Virus record (IMG/VR): IMGVR_UViG_2912464834_000002
Reading direction: 5' to 3' (one strand)
DNA: 64,000 nucleotides
Origin: a virus
Lineage: Duplodnaviria; Caudoviricetes
Below the pieces are notes generated by a model. The model searched no databases and was not told the DNA's origin. It worked only from the letters and a program-made list of their open reading frames with translations. Numbering within the stretch: the stretch's first letter is position 1; every line of letters begins with the position of its first letter. This document shows, piece by piece, positions 46,283 to 58,644 of the stretch. Both the position numbers and the translations under genes were made by a program.

Positions 46283-46873
46283 ATGACCGACAGCTCGACC
46301 GGCGGATACCTGGCGCCAGCCGTCGATACGCCGCCGGACGAGGACGATGCCCTCGACGACCTCGTGCACGACTTGGTCGCGGGCATCACGGCGCTGGCGC
46401 AGGACCTCGTGCGACCGCGCTGGCAGCCGGTCGTCGCGAAGCAACCCGAGCCGAGCGTCAATTGGTGCGCCTTCGGCATCCAGACGCAGACACCTGACGC
46501 GAGCCCGGCGATCGTGCACAACGGCGCGAACGAGGGCAGCGACACCTACATCCGCCATCAGGATCTCGACGTGCTCTGCACGTTCTACGGCCCGCAGGCC
46601 AAGGGCTACGCGCAGCGCCTCGCCGACGGTCTATCGCTCCCGCAGAACCGCGAGCAGCTCCAGCTGCTCGACATGGCATTCGTGGGCGTTTCCGAGATCC
46701 GAGCAGCACCGGACCTGGTCAACCAGCAATGGGTGCGACGGTACGACATGTCCGTGAAGCTGCGCCGCAAGGTCACGCGCACCTACGCGGTCCTGAACCT
46801 GAAGTCCGTGCAGGCGTCGACGACGACAGACGCGTCGCCGCCGGTCACATCCACCATAAACGTCAACCTGTAG
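46283..46873 (+). CDS. Tail terminator/neck protein
   Basis: VRPRWQP, QNR..L; precedes the sheath. Confidence 0.65.
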   Translation: MTDSSTGGYLAPAVDTPPDEDDALDDLVHDLVAGITALAQDLVRPRWQPVVAKQPEPSVNWCAFGIQTQTPDASPAIVHNGANEGSDTYIRHQDLDVLCTFYGPQAKGYAQRLADGLSLPQNREQLQLLDMAFVGVSEIRAAPDLVNQQWVRRYDMSVKLRRKVTRTYAVLNLKSVQASTTTDASPPVTSTINVNL

Positions 46874-48694
<1,821 letters not shown>

Positions 48695-48709
48695 AGGAAG
48701 AAAAACACC

Positions 48710-49150
48710 ATGAGCACCTACAGCTTTGTGGACGTCACGGCGACGATTGTCGGGCCGACGGGCGTCTTCTCGCTCGGCTACGGCGAAGCCACGGCCGAGG
48801 AAGGCATCGTGATCACGCGCGCCGGCGACAAGAACACGATGACCATCGGTTCGGACGGCGAAGGCATGCACAGCCTGCATGCCGACAAGTCCGGCCAGGT
48901 GACACTGCGTTACCTGAAGACCGCGCCCGTCAATGCCAAGCTGATGGCGATGTACGACGCGCAGTCGCTATCGAGCGCCCTCTGGGGCAAGAACCTGATC
49001 GAGGTCTCGCAGACGGCGGCCGGTGACGTCATCACGGCGCGCAGCTGCGCGTTCAAGAAGGCGCCGGACCTGAAGTATGCGAAGGACGGCGACATCGTCG
49101 AGTGGATCTTCGACTCGATCAAGATCGACAGCCTGCTCGGGACGTACTGA
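48710..49150 (+). CDS. Tail tube (DUF3277)
   Basis: TYSF.DV, AEEGI, MTIG.DG..MHSL. Confidence 0.85.
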   Translation: MSTYSFVDVTATIVGPTGVFSLGYGEATAEEGIVITRAGDKNTMTIGSDGEGMHSLHADKSGQVTLRYLKTAPVNAKLMAMYDAQSLSSALWGKNLIEVSQTAAGDVITARSCAFKKAPDLKYAKDGDIVEWIFDSIKIDSLLGTY

Positions 49151-49152
49151 CC

Positions 49153-49686
49153 ATGGCGACCGAAATCCAACTGGGCAGCAAGCGGTACCAGATCGGGCGC
49201 TTGAACGCGATGCAGCAGTTCCACGTGAGCCGGCGCATCGCGCCGATCATCCCGTCGATGATCCCGGTCCTGATGAAGTTCTATGCGGAGATCGAGCGCA
49301 CGCGCAACGTGACCGCGAATGCGGCCCTTGCCGCGCTCGCGGCCGAAGCTGGCGGAGCTGGGGCCGCAACCGAACAGCGTGACGTGCTGGGCCTGGTCGA
49401 CTCGATCGCACCGGTGCTGCAGCCGTTCGCCGATGCGCTCGCCGGCCTGAAGGACGAAGACGCCGAGTATGTGTTCGGCACGTGCCTGTCGGTGGTCGAG
49501 CGCCAGCATCAGAACGGCTGGGCGAAGGTCTGGTCGGCTGCCCATAAGACGTCGCTGTTCGACGATATGGACATGGGGTCCATGCTGCCGCTGGTCGTGC
49601 GCGTCGTGGTCGAGAACCTCGGCCCTTTTATCAACGGGCTGCTTACCAGCCAAGCGAGCAGCCCGGCGGCGACTACGGCTGGTTGA
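49153..49686 (+). CDS. Tail assembly chaperone
   Basis: LNA.QQFHVSRRIAP; between tube and tape measure. Confidence 0.78.
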   Translation: MATEIQLGSKRYQIGRLNAMQQFHVSRRIAPIIPSMIPVLMKFYAEIERTRNVTANAALAALAAEAGGAGAATEQRDVLGLVDSIAPVLQPFADALAGLKDEDAEYVFGTCLSVVERQHQNGWAKVWSAAHKTSLFDDMDMGSMLPLVVRVVVENLGPFINGLLTSQASSPAATTAG

Positions 49687-49868
49687 AGTCGCTGCCCGGC
49701 GGCGAGGACTGGCTGCTCGCGCCCGTGCACGCGCAGATGTGCCGGTTCGAGTCCTTGAAGGACGGGACGCTTGACCTGGCCGATGTCGCGCTGATGAACG
49801 ATTCACTCACCGTCCGGGCAGACAACGAAGCGGCTTGGCGCCGCAGACAGGAAAGAGAAAATGGCTGA
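49623..49868 (+). CDS. -1 frameshift extension of the tail chaperone
   Basis: C CCT TTT at 49623-49629; the -1 frame is open into LPGGEDWLL.PV...LKDG.LDL.D.ALMND. Confidence 0.7.
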   Translation, partial: PFYQRAAYQPSEQPGGDYGWLKSLPGGEDWLLAPVHAQMCRFESLKDGTLDLADVALMNDSLTVRADNEAAWRRRQERENG

Positions 49869-51717
49869 ATCGGTCGTCATCCGCGAGTTCCTGGTCGCTC
49901 TCGGCTTCAAGGTCGACGAGAAGGGCCTGAAGAACTTCACGGAAGGCGTCGAGGGGGCAACGAAGGGCGTCACGCGCCTGATCACCACGATCTCCGGCGC
50001 CGCGCTCACGCTCGGCGCGGGCGTGTCCGCGTTCGCGTCGAAGCTCGAACGGCTGTACTTCGTGTCGCAGCGCACGGGTGCCGCGGCGACGAGCCTGCGC
50101 GCGTTCGACTTCGCCGCGCGCAACCTCGGCGTCTCGACGGATGCTGCGTTCGGCACGATCGAGAACCTCGCGCGCTTCCTGCGCAACAATCCGACAGGGG
50201 AGAGCTACCTCGCGAGCCTCGGCGTGCAGACGCGTAACGCCAACGGCGAGCTGCGCGATACGGTCGACATTATGTCGGATCTCGGCGGCGCGCTCGCCAA
50301 GATGCCGACGTATCGCGCGGCGCAGTACGCGAACATCTTCGGGATCGACGAGAACCTGATGCTCGCGATGCGCAACGGAGACTTCGAGAAGTTCCTGAAG
50401 CAATATCGCGAGATGTCGGCGACGACCGGCCTCGACAAGGCGGCCGACGATTCGCATCAGTTCATGGTGCGGCTGCGCGAGATCGGGACGACGTTCGAGA
50501 ACCTTGGCATCCGCATCGAAGGCGTGATGCTGCAGAAGATCGGGCCACAGCTCGATCACTTCCAGAAGTGGATGGACGACCATGGCGAGGAAATCGCGCG
50601 CCGGATCGGCGACATCGCGAGCGCCTTCGTCAACGCGGCAGCCGCCATGGGACCGCCGCTGAAGTGGCTCGCCGACCAGTTCCTCGAGCTGGACAAGGCG
50701 ACGGACGGATGGTCGACGAAACTGCTGCTGATGGTCGGTATCTTCAAGGTGCTGGGCGGCTTCCAGATCATCGGTGGCATCTGGAAGATGGTCGCGGCGC
50801 TGCGCGCGATGGGCGCCGCTACGACTGCCGCGTCGACGGCTGGCGCGGCCGCAGGCGGAGCCGGGTTGCTCGGCCGGCTGCTTCCTTTCGCATTGCGCCT
50901 CGGCGGTGGACTTGGGCTGCTGCTGCATAGCGGCGACTTGAACAGCGGCGAGGAAGAGGAGTTGCGCCGGCGCCAGGCGCTCGGGCCGACGATCGATGGG
51001 CAGCAGCCAAGCGACACTCAGGGAGCGCCGTCGACCGCAACTCCGGCGGCGCCGGCGCGCGGCCAGCCCGGGCCGGCGGCCGCGAACAGCGGCAGCAATC
51101 TGTCGGCACCAGGTTTCATCGATCGCGTGCGCGCCGCGATCGCCGCGGCGAAGGAGTCGGAGCGCAAGTATGGTGTGCCCTGGCTCGTGACATTCGCGCA
51201 ATGGGCTCTCGAGAGCGGGTTCGGCAGTAGTGGCCTGTCGAAGCGGAGCAACAACCCGTTCGGTATGCAGGCGGCGAAGGGGCAGGACTTCGTATGGGGC
51301 CTTGATCATCGCGCCGACGGCACGCCGTACCAGGCGAAGTTCCGGCGGTTCAAGTCGCTCGAAGATGCCTTCGATGCGCATGCGCAGCTGCTGGTGAAGG
51401 GGAAGCCGTACGCGAACGCTCGGAAGGTAATGGGCAATGCGTTTTCGTTCGCCGACGCGCTGACCGGCGTCTACGCCGAGGACCGCAACTACGGCACGAA
51501 GCTCAAGAAGATCATGTCGAACGCGCTGCAAAATCCCGAGTGGCTCGCGCCGTCGGCCGGGCCGTCCGGCGCGTCGAATCACGTCGAGATCAACCAGGAC
51601 GTCAAGATCCAGGTGAACGGGTCGAGTGATCCTGATTCGACCGCGCGCTCGGTGGCGCGCGAGCAGAAGGGCGTCGCCGACGCCACGGTGCGGAACATGA
51701 AGGGGGCGATGACGTGA
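49861..51717 (+). CDS. Tape measure protein with GH73 glucosaminidase-like domain
   Basis: IREFLV.LGF; AQWALESG.G, NNPFGM, YAED..Y..KL. Confidence 0.85.
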   Translation: MAESVVIREFLVALGFKVDEKGLKNFTEGVEGATKGVTRLITTISGAALTLGAGVSAFASKLERLYFVSQRTGAAATSLRAFDFAARNLGVSTDAAFGTIENLARFLRNNPTGESYLASLGVQTRNANGELRDTVDIMSDLGGALAKMPTYRAAQYANIFGIDENLMLAMRNGDFEKFLKQYREMSATTGLDKAADDSHQFMVRLREIGTTFENLGIRIEGVMLQKIGPQLDHFQKWMDDHGEEIARRIGDIASAFVNAAAAMGPPLKWLADQFLELDKATDGWSTKLLLMVGIFKVLGGFQIIGGIWKMVAALRAMGAATTAASTAGAAAGGAGLLGRLLPFALRLGGGLGLLLHSGDLNSGEEEELRRRQALGPTIDGQQPSDTQGAPSTATPAAPARGQPGPAAANSGSNLSAPGFIDRVRAAIAAAKESERKYGVPWLVTFAQWALESGFGSSGLSKRSNNPFGMQAAKGQDFVWGLDHRADGTPYQAKFRRFKSLEDAFDAHAQLLVKGKPYANARKVMGNAFSFADALTGVYAEDRNYGTKLKKIMSNALQNPEWLAPSAGPSGASNHVEINQDVKIQVNGSSDPDSTARSVAREQKGVADATVRNMKGAMT

Positions 51718-52313
51718 GCACGCTTTCCGACATCCTCGATGTCACGCTGGTCGGCAGCAAGAAGATCGGCACCGTGACGATCGCGGCCGCGATCGAGGAG
51801 GTGTACAGCGATGAGGTGGTCGTTACCGAGCATCCCGTAGAAACCGGCGCGCCGGTGAACGACCACGCGTACATGCGGCCGCGCGAAATCCTGATGAAGT
51901 GCGGATGGAGCAATGCCGATTACGAAGCGCTGCTCGGCGCTGCGGTCGTATCGTTCGATGACACCGGCGCTAACACGATGGCGACCGGAACGTACGTCGA
52001 TGCGGTCTACAGCCAGTTGCTGCAGATCCAGAGCATTCGGCTTCCAATCGACGTCGTTTCGACGCGCCGCAAGTACTCGAACATGCTGATCACCGGACTG
52101 TCGGTCGTCACCGACCAGAAGTCCGGCTCGGCGCTGATGCTCACCGCATCGCTGAAGCAGGTCATCATCGTGAGCACGCAGGCGACGAAGCTACCGCCAC
52201 GCGCGAACCAGGCGAACCCGGCCGCGACTGCCGAGACGCAGAACGCGGGAGTGAAGTCGGCCATGCCGGCGACGCCGGCGCCAGGCGGCTCGGTTCCTCC
52301 GACGAGCATGTGA
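51714..52313 (+). CDS. Baseplate/distal tail protein
   Basis: TEHPVE.GA...DHAY..P. Confidence 0.75.
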   Translation: MSTLSDILDVTLVGSKKIGTVTIAAAIEEVYSDEVVVTEHPVETGAPVNDHAYMRPREILMKCGWSNADYEALLGAAVVSFDDTGANTMATGTYVDAVYSQLLQIQSIRLPIDVVSTRRKYSNMLITGLSVVTDQKSGSALMLTASLKQVIIVSTQATKLPPRANQANPAATAETQNAGVKSAMPATPAPGGSVPPTSM

Positions 52314-52627
52314 TGTCGAATTTCTACGAAATCCCGCTGACGCCCGACCCACAGACGTTCACCATCACGCTGAGCGGCGTCATATATCGGCTGACAGTGC
52401 AGTATCGTGCGGCTGGCGGCACGGGCTGGATCCTCGATATTGCCGACGCAAGCGGCAACGCGCTTGTGAATGGCGTTCCGCTTGTGACCGGCGTCGATCT
52501 GCTTGGCCAGTACGCATATCTCGGCTTCGGTGGCCGTCTATGGGTGCAAGGTGCCGCGAGCCCGGACGATGTCCCGACGTTCGACGACCTAGGCATTGGA
52601 TCTCATGTTTTCTGGGTGACAGACTGA
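52313..52627 (+). CDS. Baseplate protein
   Basis: EIPL, G.PLVTG.DLL.QY. Confidence 0.75.
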   Translation: MSNFYEIPLTPDPQTFTITLSGVIYRLTVQYRAAGGTGWILDIADASGNALVNGVPLVTGVDLLGQYAYLGFGGRLWVQGAASPDDVPTFDDLGIGSHVFWVTD

Positions 52628-53619
52628 TGGCAACGCAATTCGGCCGCAAGGTCTCGCTGATCATTGGGCCGGACTCCGGCGACGCGCTCGACCTGTCCGG
52701 CCTGCGCATCGTATTCCGCGTGCAGCGTGGCGACCTCCAAACGCCGAACTCGGCACGGATCCGCGTATACAACGTGTCCGACAATACCGCGCAGCGTGCG
52801 GCCGCAGAATTCACACGCGTGGTGCTCCAGGCCGGTTACGAGGGCAACTACGGGATTATTTTCGACGGCTCGATCATCCAGGTGCGGCGCGGGCGCGAGA
52901 GCCCGACCGACACTTATATCGACATCACCGCCGCTGATGGCGATATGGCGTACAACTTCGCCGTGGTCAATACGACACTTGCGGCAGGGGCGACGCATGC
53001 TGATGTCGTCGACGCATGCCTGAAGGCGATGGGGAAGTACGGTGTGACCGCTGGCTATATCGCGGACCTGCCGTCTAACCCGATGCCGCGTGGCCAGGTG
53101 CTATTCGGCATGGCCCGCGATCACCTCGAAACCGTCGCGCGCTCGACGCAGACCCTCTGGTCGATTCAGGACGGCCAACTGCAGATCGTGCCCGAGACAT
53201 CGTACGTGCCTGGGGAGATTCCAGTAATCAATGCGAGATCCGGAATGGTTGGGCTGCCGGAGCAGACGCAGAACGGTATCACCGTGCGCATGCTGCTCAA
53301 CCCGGGCATCAAGATCGGCCGGCTGATCCAGCTCGACAACTCGGGAATCCAGCGGTATGAGTTCGGCATTAGCGTCCCTCAACAGAAGGACAACGGAGCC
53401 ATCGCGCAGCAAAACCAGCTCAACGGAAAGATCGATGGCGACGGTTTCTACTACGTGATGTCGAATGAATTCTGGGGCGATACTCGCGGAAATGACTGGT
53501 ACAACGAGGTAATTTGCTTGTCTGTCGATGCAACTCCCGGTCTGGATTTGACGACCAAGGCCAGCGGTATTGCTGCGCCGGCCCCGGCGAAGCTGGGAGT
53601 AATTAACCCATACGGTTAA
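52627..53619 (+). CDS. Baseplate hub
   Basis: L.AGY.G....IF.G, WSIQDG, GDTRG..WY. Confidence 0.8.
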   Translation: MATQFGRKVSLIIGPDSGDALDLSGLRIVFRVQRGDLQTPNSARIRVYNVSDNTAQRAAAEFTRVVLQAGYEGNYGIIFDGSIIQVRRGRESPTDTYIDITAADGDMAYNFAVVNTTLAAGATHADVVDACLKAMGKYGVTAGYIADLPSNPMPRGQVLFGMARDHLETVARSTQTLWSIQDGQLQIVPETSYVPGEIPVINARSGMVGLPEQTQNGITVRMLLNPGIKIGRLIQLDNSGIQRYEFGISVPQQKDNGAIAQQNQLNGKIDGDGFYYVMSNEFWGDTRGNDWYNEVICLSVDATPGLDLTTKASGIAAPAPAKLGVINPYG

Positions 53620-54272
53620 TTCGATTCTGTTATTTCCCGCAATTTTTGCTTTGTCATCAGGTGGCCGGTTACCAAGGCTTCTGAGCGGTCTGGAGACAAG
53701 TTGAGCGTGATGATAGAGAAATCGGGGAACGTGTCGTATTGCGTCTGGCCACGGAATAGGAATAGCGATACGACCTTGTTGTCGATCGTTCGCCAGTAGC
53801 AGCCTGAATAGGTTCCGAGCCCCGGAACTTTGCGCTCCATATATCGCATGCTCTTCGCCTTTTCAAGCGGGAGTTGGCAACTTCTGTTCGGGTAGTACGT
53901 GTAGAGCAGGGCCGATGCTGGGACAGTTTGGCCGATGTGATATTGGTTGGTCGTATAACTGAATATCGGCTCGGCTTTTTGTGATGATTTTCCGCCTTTC
54001 CGTAAACTCATGAACCGCGCCGAATCTGGGCCACATGGGTTATATGTGTTCTTGCTGTCGATAAAACACCATCCGCCCGCGAACAACTGGGATTCGAGAT
54101 TTTGTGCTGTTTCGCACGACTTCTGGCTCTCGAAATCGTCGATGCGTGCTTTGTTGCACGTCTGTTGAGCTGCGATGAGATCGTTGATCAATGCCTTTCC
54201 CTGATCGATCGACAGGTCTGCGGCTGCCGCGACGGGCGATATCAGCGCGAGCACGTACAAAATCTTTTTCAT
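53616..54272 (-). CDS. Antisense moron, exported protein
   Basis: MKKILYVLALISPVAAAA signal peptide; six Cys; lower GC. Confidence 0.7.
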   Translation of the reverse strand: MKKILYVLALISPVAAAADLSIDQGKALINDLIAAQQTCNKARIDDFESQKSCETAQNLESQLFAGGWCFIDSKNTYNPCGPDSARFMSLRKGGKSSQKAEPIFSYTTNQYHIGQTVPASALLYTYYPNRSCQLPLEKAKSMRYMERKVPGLGTYSGCYWRTIDNKVVSLFLFRGQTQYDTFPDFSIITLNLSPDRSEALVTGHLMTKQKLREITESN

Positions 54273-54284
54273 TCTTATTCCCCG

Positions 54285-55028
54285 ATGGATAGAAAAGAGC
54301 GAGTCGACGACGAGCTGGCGTCGCTACGCGCGGCGCTTCGCGGTTGGCAGGTCGGCATGTGGACGGCGCTGCCCGGCGTGATCGAGTCGTTCGATAACGT
54401 CGCACTGACGTGCGTCGTGCAGCCGGCAATCAAGATCCCGGTGCGTGCCAATGATGGCACGGTCACAACCGCGGCACTGCCGCCGGTCGTCGACTGCCCG
54501 GTGCAGTTCCCGTCTGGCGGGAATTGTACGCTGACCTTTCCGGTGGCTCCGGGCGACGAATGCCTGCTCGTGTTCGCGTCGCGCAGCGTCGACTCCTGGT
54601 GGCAGTCGGGCGGGGTGCAGGAGCAGGCCGCGCTGCGCATGCACGACCTATCCGACGGGTTCGCGTTGCTCGGCTTCAGGTCGCGGCCGCGCGCGCTCGC
54701 CGGCGTTAGCTCGACGTCGACGCAGCTGCGCAGCGACGACGGTTCGACGTACATCGACCTGAACCCGACGCTTCAGAAGGTCAGGATCGTCGCGCCCGGC
54801 GGCTTCGACGTCGTCGCGCCGCTCTCGACGTTCTCGGCCGCCGTGACGATCACGGGTCTCCTGACCTTCGTTGGCGGCATGGTGGGCAGTGCGGCCAGCG
54901 GCGCGGCTGCGGTGTTCAACGGCATCCTCAACGTGATCGGCCAGATCACGGCGAACGGCAAGCGCGTCGACGACACGCACACCCACCGAGAGAACGGCGC
55001 GGGCAGCAATACGAGCCCGCCTAACTGA
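54285..55028 (+). CDS. Gp138-like central spike
   Basis: GDECL..F..R..D.WW, RMHDLSD, C-terminal HTH metal-binding motif. Confidence 0.85.
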   Translation: MDRKERVDDELASLRAALRGWQVGMWTALPGVIESFDNVALTCVVQPAIKIPVRANDGTVTTAALPPVVDCPVQFPSGGNCTLTFPVAPGDECLLVFASRSVDSWWQSGGVQEQAALRMHDLSDGFALLGFRSRPRALAGVSSTSTQLRSDDGSTYIDLNPTLQKVRIVAPGGFDVVAPLSTFSAAVTITGLLTFVGGMVGSAASGAAAVFNGILNVIGQITANGKRVDDTHTHRENGAGSNTSPPN

Positions 55029-55036
55029 GGATTCCC

Positions 55037-55390
55037 ATGCGATACCGAAAACTCGACGCTGATGGCGACTTCGTCTTCGGCGGGTCGGCGAACGACTTCC
55101 TCGTGAACTCGCCGGCCGCCGTCGCGCAGGCCGTGATCACGCGCCTGCGGCTGCATCGCGGCGAGTGGTTCCTCGATACGACGGTCGGCATGCCGTGGGA
55201 AACCGCCGTGATCGGCAAGAACACGCAGGGCACTGCGGACGCGGCGATCCGCGCGTGCATCCTCGGCACGACTGGCGTCACGGAGATCACCGCGTATGCG
55301 AGCTCGCTCGACAGCGACACCCGGAAGCTGACCGTCACCGCGACGATCACGACGATCTACGGCACCACTACCATCGAGACCACCCTGTGA
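55037..55390 (+). CDS. Baseplate wedge protein (gp25-like position)
   Basis: MRYRKLD..GD..FG, GEWFLD. Confidence 0.78.
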   Translation: MRYRKLDADGDFVFGGSANDFLVNSPAAVAQAVITRLRLHRGEWFLDTTVGMPWETAVIGKNTQGTADAAIRACILGTTGVTEITAYASSLDSDTRKLTVTATITTIYGTTTIETTL

Positions 55391-56574
55391 CGACGACGCT
55401 CACCACTGTCGCGCCGACGATCGACGCGAACGGCATCACCGCGCCGACCTACGCGGATATATACGCGTACCTTCAGGCGCAGTACCAGTCGATCTATGGG
55501 ACGGACGTCTACATTGATCCGGATAGCCAGGACGGCCAGCTGCTCGCCGTGTTCGCGCAGGCGATCGCGGACTGCAATTCGGTCACGATCGGCGTCTACA
55601 ACTCATTCAGCCCGGCGAAGGCGGTCGGTGCCGCGCTGTCGAGCAACGTGAAGATCAACGGCATCCAGCGTGAAGCACCTTCGTACTCGAGCGCTGACCT
55701 GACGGTGGGCGGCCAGGCAGGCACAACGATCTCGAACGGTATCGCGAAGGACGGCAACAACTACCAGTGGGCGCTACCGGCGACGGTCACGATTCCGCCG
55801 GCCGGCGAGATCACGGTAACGGCGACCTGCACGACGATCGGCGCGATTGCGGCGCCGGCCGGCACGATCAACCAGATCGGCACGCCGACGCGCGGCTGGC
55901 AGTCGGTCACGAACGCATCTGACGCGTCCCTCGGAGCGCCGGTCGAAACTGACGCAGCGCTGCGCGCGCGGCAGACGGTTTCTACGGCGCTGCCGTCGCA
56001 GACCGTGCTCGACGGGATCGTCGGGGCAGTCGCGAACCTTCCCGGCGTGACGCGCTACGCGCCCTATGAGAACGACACGAGCGCAACCGACGCGAACGGC
56101 ATCCCGTCACACTCGATTTCGCTGGTCATCGAGGGTGGGGACGCAACGGCAATCGCGAACGCGATCGCGGTGAAGAAGACGCCCGGCGGCGGCACGTTCG
56201 GCACGACGACGATCGTCACGACCAACCGATACGGGATGCCGGTACCGATTCACTTCTTTCGGCCAACCGATGCACCTGTCTCGGCCGTCGTGGCGATCCG
56301 CGTGCTGACCGGGTACACCAGCTCGACCGGCGCAGCGCTGCAGGCCGCCGTCGCGGCGTACATCAACGGCGTTGCGATCGGTGGCGGCGCCGCGCAGGCA
56401 GTCGAGTGGGACGACTGTATCGCGGCAGCGAAGTCGATCCCCGGCGCAGCCACGTTCAAGATCGTCAGCCTGGTGCTGACCGGTCCGCGGGGCGCCGGCT
56501 CACCGGACGTGGCACTGCTATTCAACGAGTCGGCGTCGTGCACGGCTGACCAGGTGACGATCACGACGGGGTGA
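55387..56574 (+). CDS. Baseplate J-like protein
   Basis: DSQDGQ, ETDA.LR.RQ, IPSHSI; GTG start re-called. Confidence 0.85.
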   Translation: MTTTLTTVAPTIDANGITAPTYADIYAYLQAQYQSIYGTDVYIDPDSQDGQLLAVFAQAIADCNSVTIGVYNSFSPAKAVGAALSSNVKINGIQREAPSYSSADLTVGGQAGTTISNGIAKDGNNYQWALPATVTIPPAGEITVTATCTTIGAIAAPAGTINQIGTPTRGWQSVTNASDASLGAPVETDAALRARQTVSTALPSQTVLDGIVGAVANLPGVTRYAPYENDTSATDANGIPSHSISLVIEGGDATAIANAIAVKKTPGGGTFGTTTIVTTNRYGMPVPIHFFRPTDAPVSAVVAIRVLTGYTSSTGAALQAAVAAYINGVAIGGGAAQAVEWDDCIAAAKSIPGAATFKIVSLVLTGPRGAGSPDVALLFNESASCTADQVTITTG

Positions 56575-57293
56575 GCATGGCCGAACTGAACGATTACACG
56601 GCGCTGATCACGTCCGAGCATAGCGACAAGCCGAAGTTCATGGCGGTGGTCGAAATGCTGTCCGCGCCGCTCGTCGACCTGATGAACGTGCTCGGCGGCA
56701 TGCCGTCGCTGTTCGACCTAGATGTCGCGGTAGGCGATCAGCTCGACGTGCTGGGGCAGTGGATCGGGTTGAGCCGTTACGTCAGCACGCCGTTGACAGG
56801 CGTCTACTTTTCGTTCGACGTCGGTGGTCTCGGCTTCGATCAGGGTGTTTGGAAGGGGCCGTTTGACCCGGATACAGGCCTCGTCTCGCTCGACGACGAC
56901 ACGTATCGCATGACGCTGCGCGCGAAGATCGCGGCGAACCGATGGGATAGTACGCCGGAAGCGGCGGCCGACATCCTCGATTCGCTCGCACCCGCCGGCA
57001 CGCTGGTGTTCCTCGAAGATCCGTGCGACATGTCGATCACGATCGGCATTGCTGGGAAGCAGCCGCCCGCGCTGTACATCGCGCTGCTGAAGAATGGATT
57101 CCTGTCGCTGAAGCCCGAGGCCGTGCGCGTAAACTATGCGGTGACGTCCGTCGACGGTGCACCGATCTTCGGCTTCGACATGGACAACCAGTACGTCGCC
57201 GGTTTCGACGCCGGCGCGTGGTCGGCCGAAACCCTCGCGGCCCCCAACGAGCTCGACTACACCTTCGCACTCGACAACTCGACGCTGTCGTAA
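56571..57293 (+). CDS. DUF2612 baseplate protein
   Basis: FDLD.AVG.QLD..G.W.G.SR. Confidence 0.82.
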   Translation: MSMAELNDYTALITSEHSDKPKFMAVVEMLSAPLVDLMNVLGGMPSLFDLDVAVGDQLDVLGQWIGLSRYVSTPLTGVYFSFDVGGLGFDQGVWKGPFDPDTGLVSLDDDTYRMTLRAKIAANRWDSTPEAAADILDSLAPAGTLVFLEDPCDMSITIGIAGKQPPALYIALLKNGFLSLKPEAVRVNYAVTSVDGAPIFGFDMDNQYVAGFDAGAWSAETLAAPNELDYTFALDNSTLS

Positions 57294-57325
57294 GCGTCGT
57301 CTCGCATTCCCCCTTCGGAGTTTCC

Positions 57326-58630
57326 GTGGCCATTCAAAACGACTTCTTGCCGTTCGCGGTAGGCGCGGGCGCGAACGTGCTCACGCAATCCGCCTATGCC
57401 GCATTGTCGGCGATCGAAAGCGGCTATCAAGCCGGCACAGCGCAGTCCGCGGCGTGTAACAAGACCTGGCGGCAGAGCAGCATCATGACTGCGGTGATCG
57501 CGCAGTTCGTCGTCGCCCAGACCGGGCAGGCCGCTGTCGACGACGGCACGACCGCCGCGTTGCTCGCCAACTTCACCCAGGCCGTGAGCGCGGCGTCGCG
57601 TAACTCGGTGGTGCTCGTCGACACGGGCAGCGCGAACGCATACGCGGCTGCGAATGGCGCGCCGTTCACGGCCCTTCCGACTACCACGGGCATCGCGCAG
57701 ACCTTCAGCGTCGCGCACGCGAACACTGGTGCATCGACGTATGCGCCGGACGGACTTCCGGCTGCACCGATCTTCGGGGAGGGCGGTGTGGCGTTACAGG
57801 GCGGCGAGTTGGTCGCCGGCGGCATCGCGACCCTGATGTCCTATGTCGGCCCGCTCATCAACGGCGGCTCGTTGTGCTGGGTGCTGGTGAACACAGTTGG
57901 AGGGGCGTCACCGGTCGCTCCCGCATCGAAGAGCTGCCATGCAGCGCAGCTCGGGCAGGTCCAGCAGTCCCAGATCTGCCGGACAGTCCAGAAAGCGGCA
58001 AATTACGCGGTGCAGGCATCCGACGCCGGGACGATGTTTTATGCAGGCGCGGCGCTCACGTATCAGCTTCCGAGCGCCGCCGCCACGGCGGGCATGGTGT
58101 TCGGCTTTATGAACCAAGCCGGCTTTGTGCCGACGGTTCAGACGTCGGTTTCGGGACAGCTGATCCAGGGGGAAAATCTCTCCGGCGCGACTTCCATCGT
58201 GCTGAGCAAGCAGGGCGGGGCCCTCATCGTCATGTCCGACGGCGCGAACTACATCGTCCTGTCGGCGTCTCCGGCGATCTGGTCCCCGAAAGTCGCGCCG
58301 GTCTATAACAGCACGTCGATCAATTCGCCTGCTGCCAGCACGACGTACACGACGACGGTCAGCTTTACGGCGCCCTGTCCAGGAAGTGTCGCAGCGATGG
58401 GCTCGTTGAACGCATCAGGGACTTCGGCGTCTGTACTGAACGCTTCCCTGATGATCAATGGATCGAGTGTCTCCGGCGATTCCACCCTTTCATCCCAGAC
58501 GCATATGGGTGTCTTACCGATTCTCGCAGGGCAGACCGTAACGGTGACCATGCAGGTGGCGACGCAGTCGACCGCCCCCGGTATCGCGCTCGGGATGCAC
58601 GTGCTGGCGATCTTTTCTCCGAATCCCTGA
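57326..58630 (+). CDS. Tail fibre protein
   Basis: NDFLPFA.G.GANV..Q, NK.WRQ; C-terminus shared with the prophage A fibre. Confidence 0.85.
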   Translation: MAIQNDFLPFAVGAGANVLTQSAYAALSAIESGYQAGTAQSAACNKTWRQSSIMTAVIAQFVVAQTGQAAVDDGTTAALLANFTQAVSAASRNSVVLVDTGSANAYAAANGAPFTALPTTTGIAQTFSVAHANTGASTYAPDGLPAAPIFGEGGVALQGGELVAGGIATLMSYVGPLINGGSLCWVLVNTVGGASPVAPASKSCHAAQLGQVQQSQICRTVQKAANYAVQASDAGTMFYAGAALTYQLPSAAATAGMVFGFMNQAGFVPTVQTSVSGQLIQGENLSGATSIVLSKQGGALIVMSDGANYIVLSASPAIWSPKVAPVYNSTSINSPAASTTYTTTVSFTAPCPGSVAAMGSLNASGTSASVLNASLMINGSSVSGDSTLSSQTHMGVLPILAGQTVTVTMQVATQSTAPGIALGMHVLAIFSPNP

Positions 58631-58644
58631 TAGAGGGCTGATTC

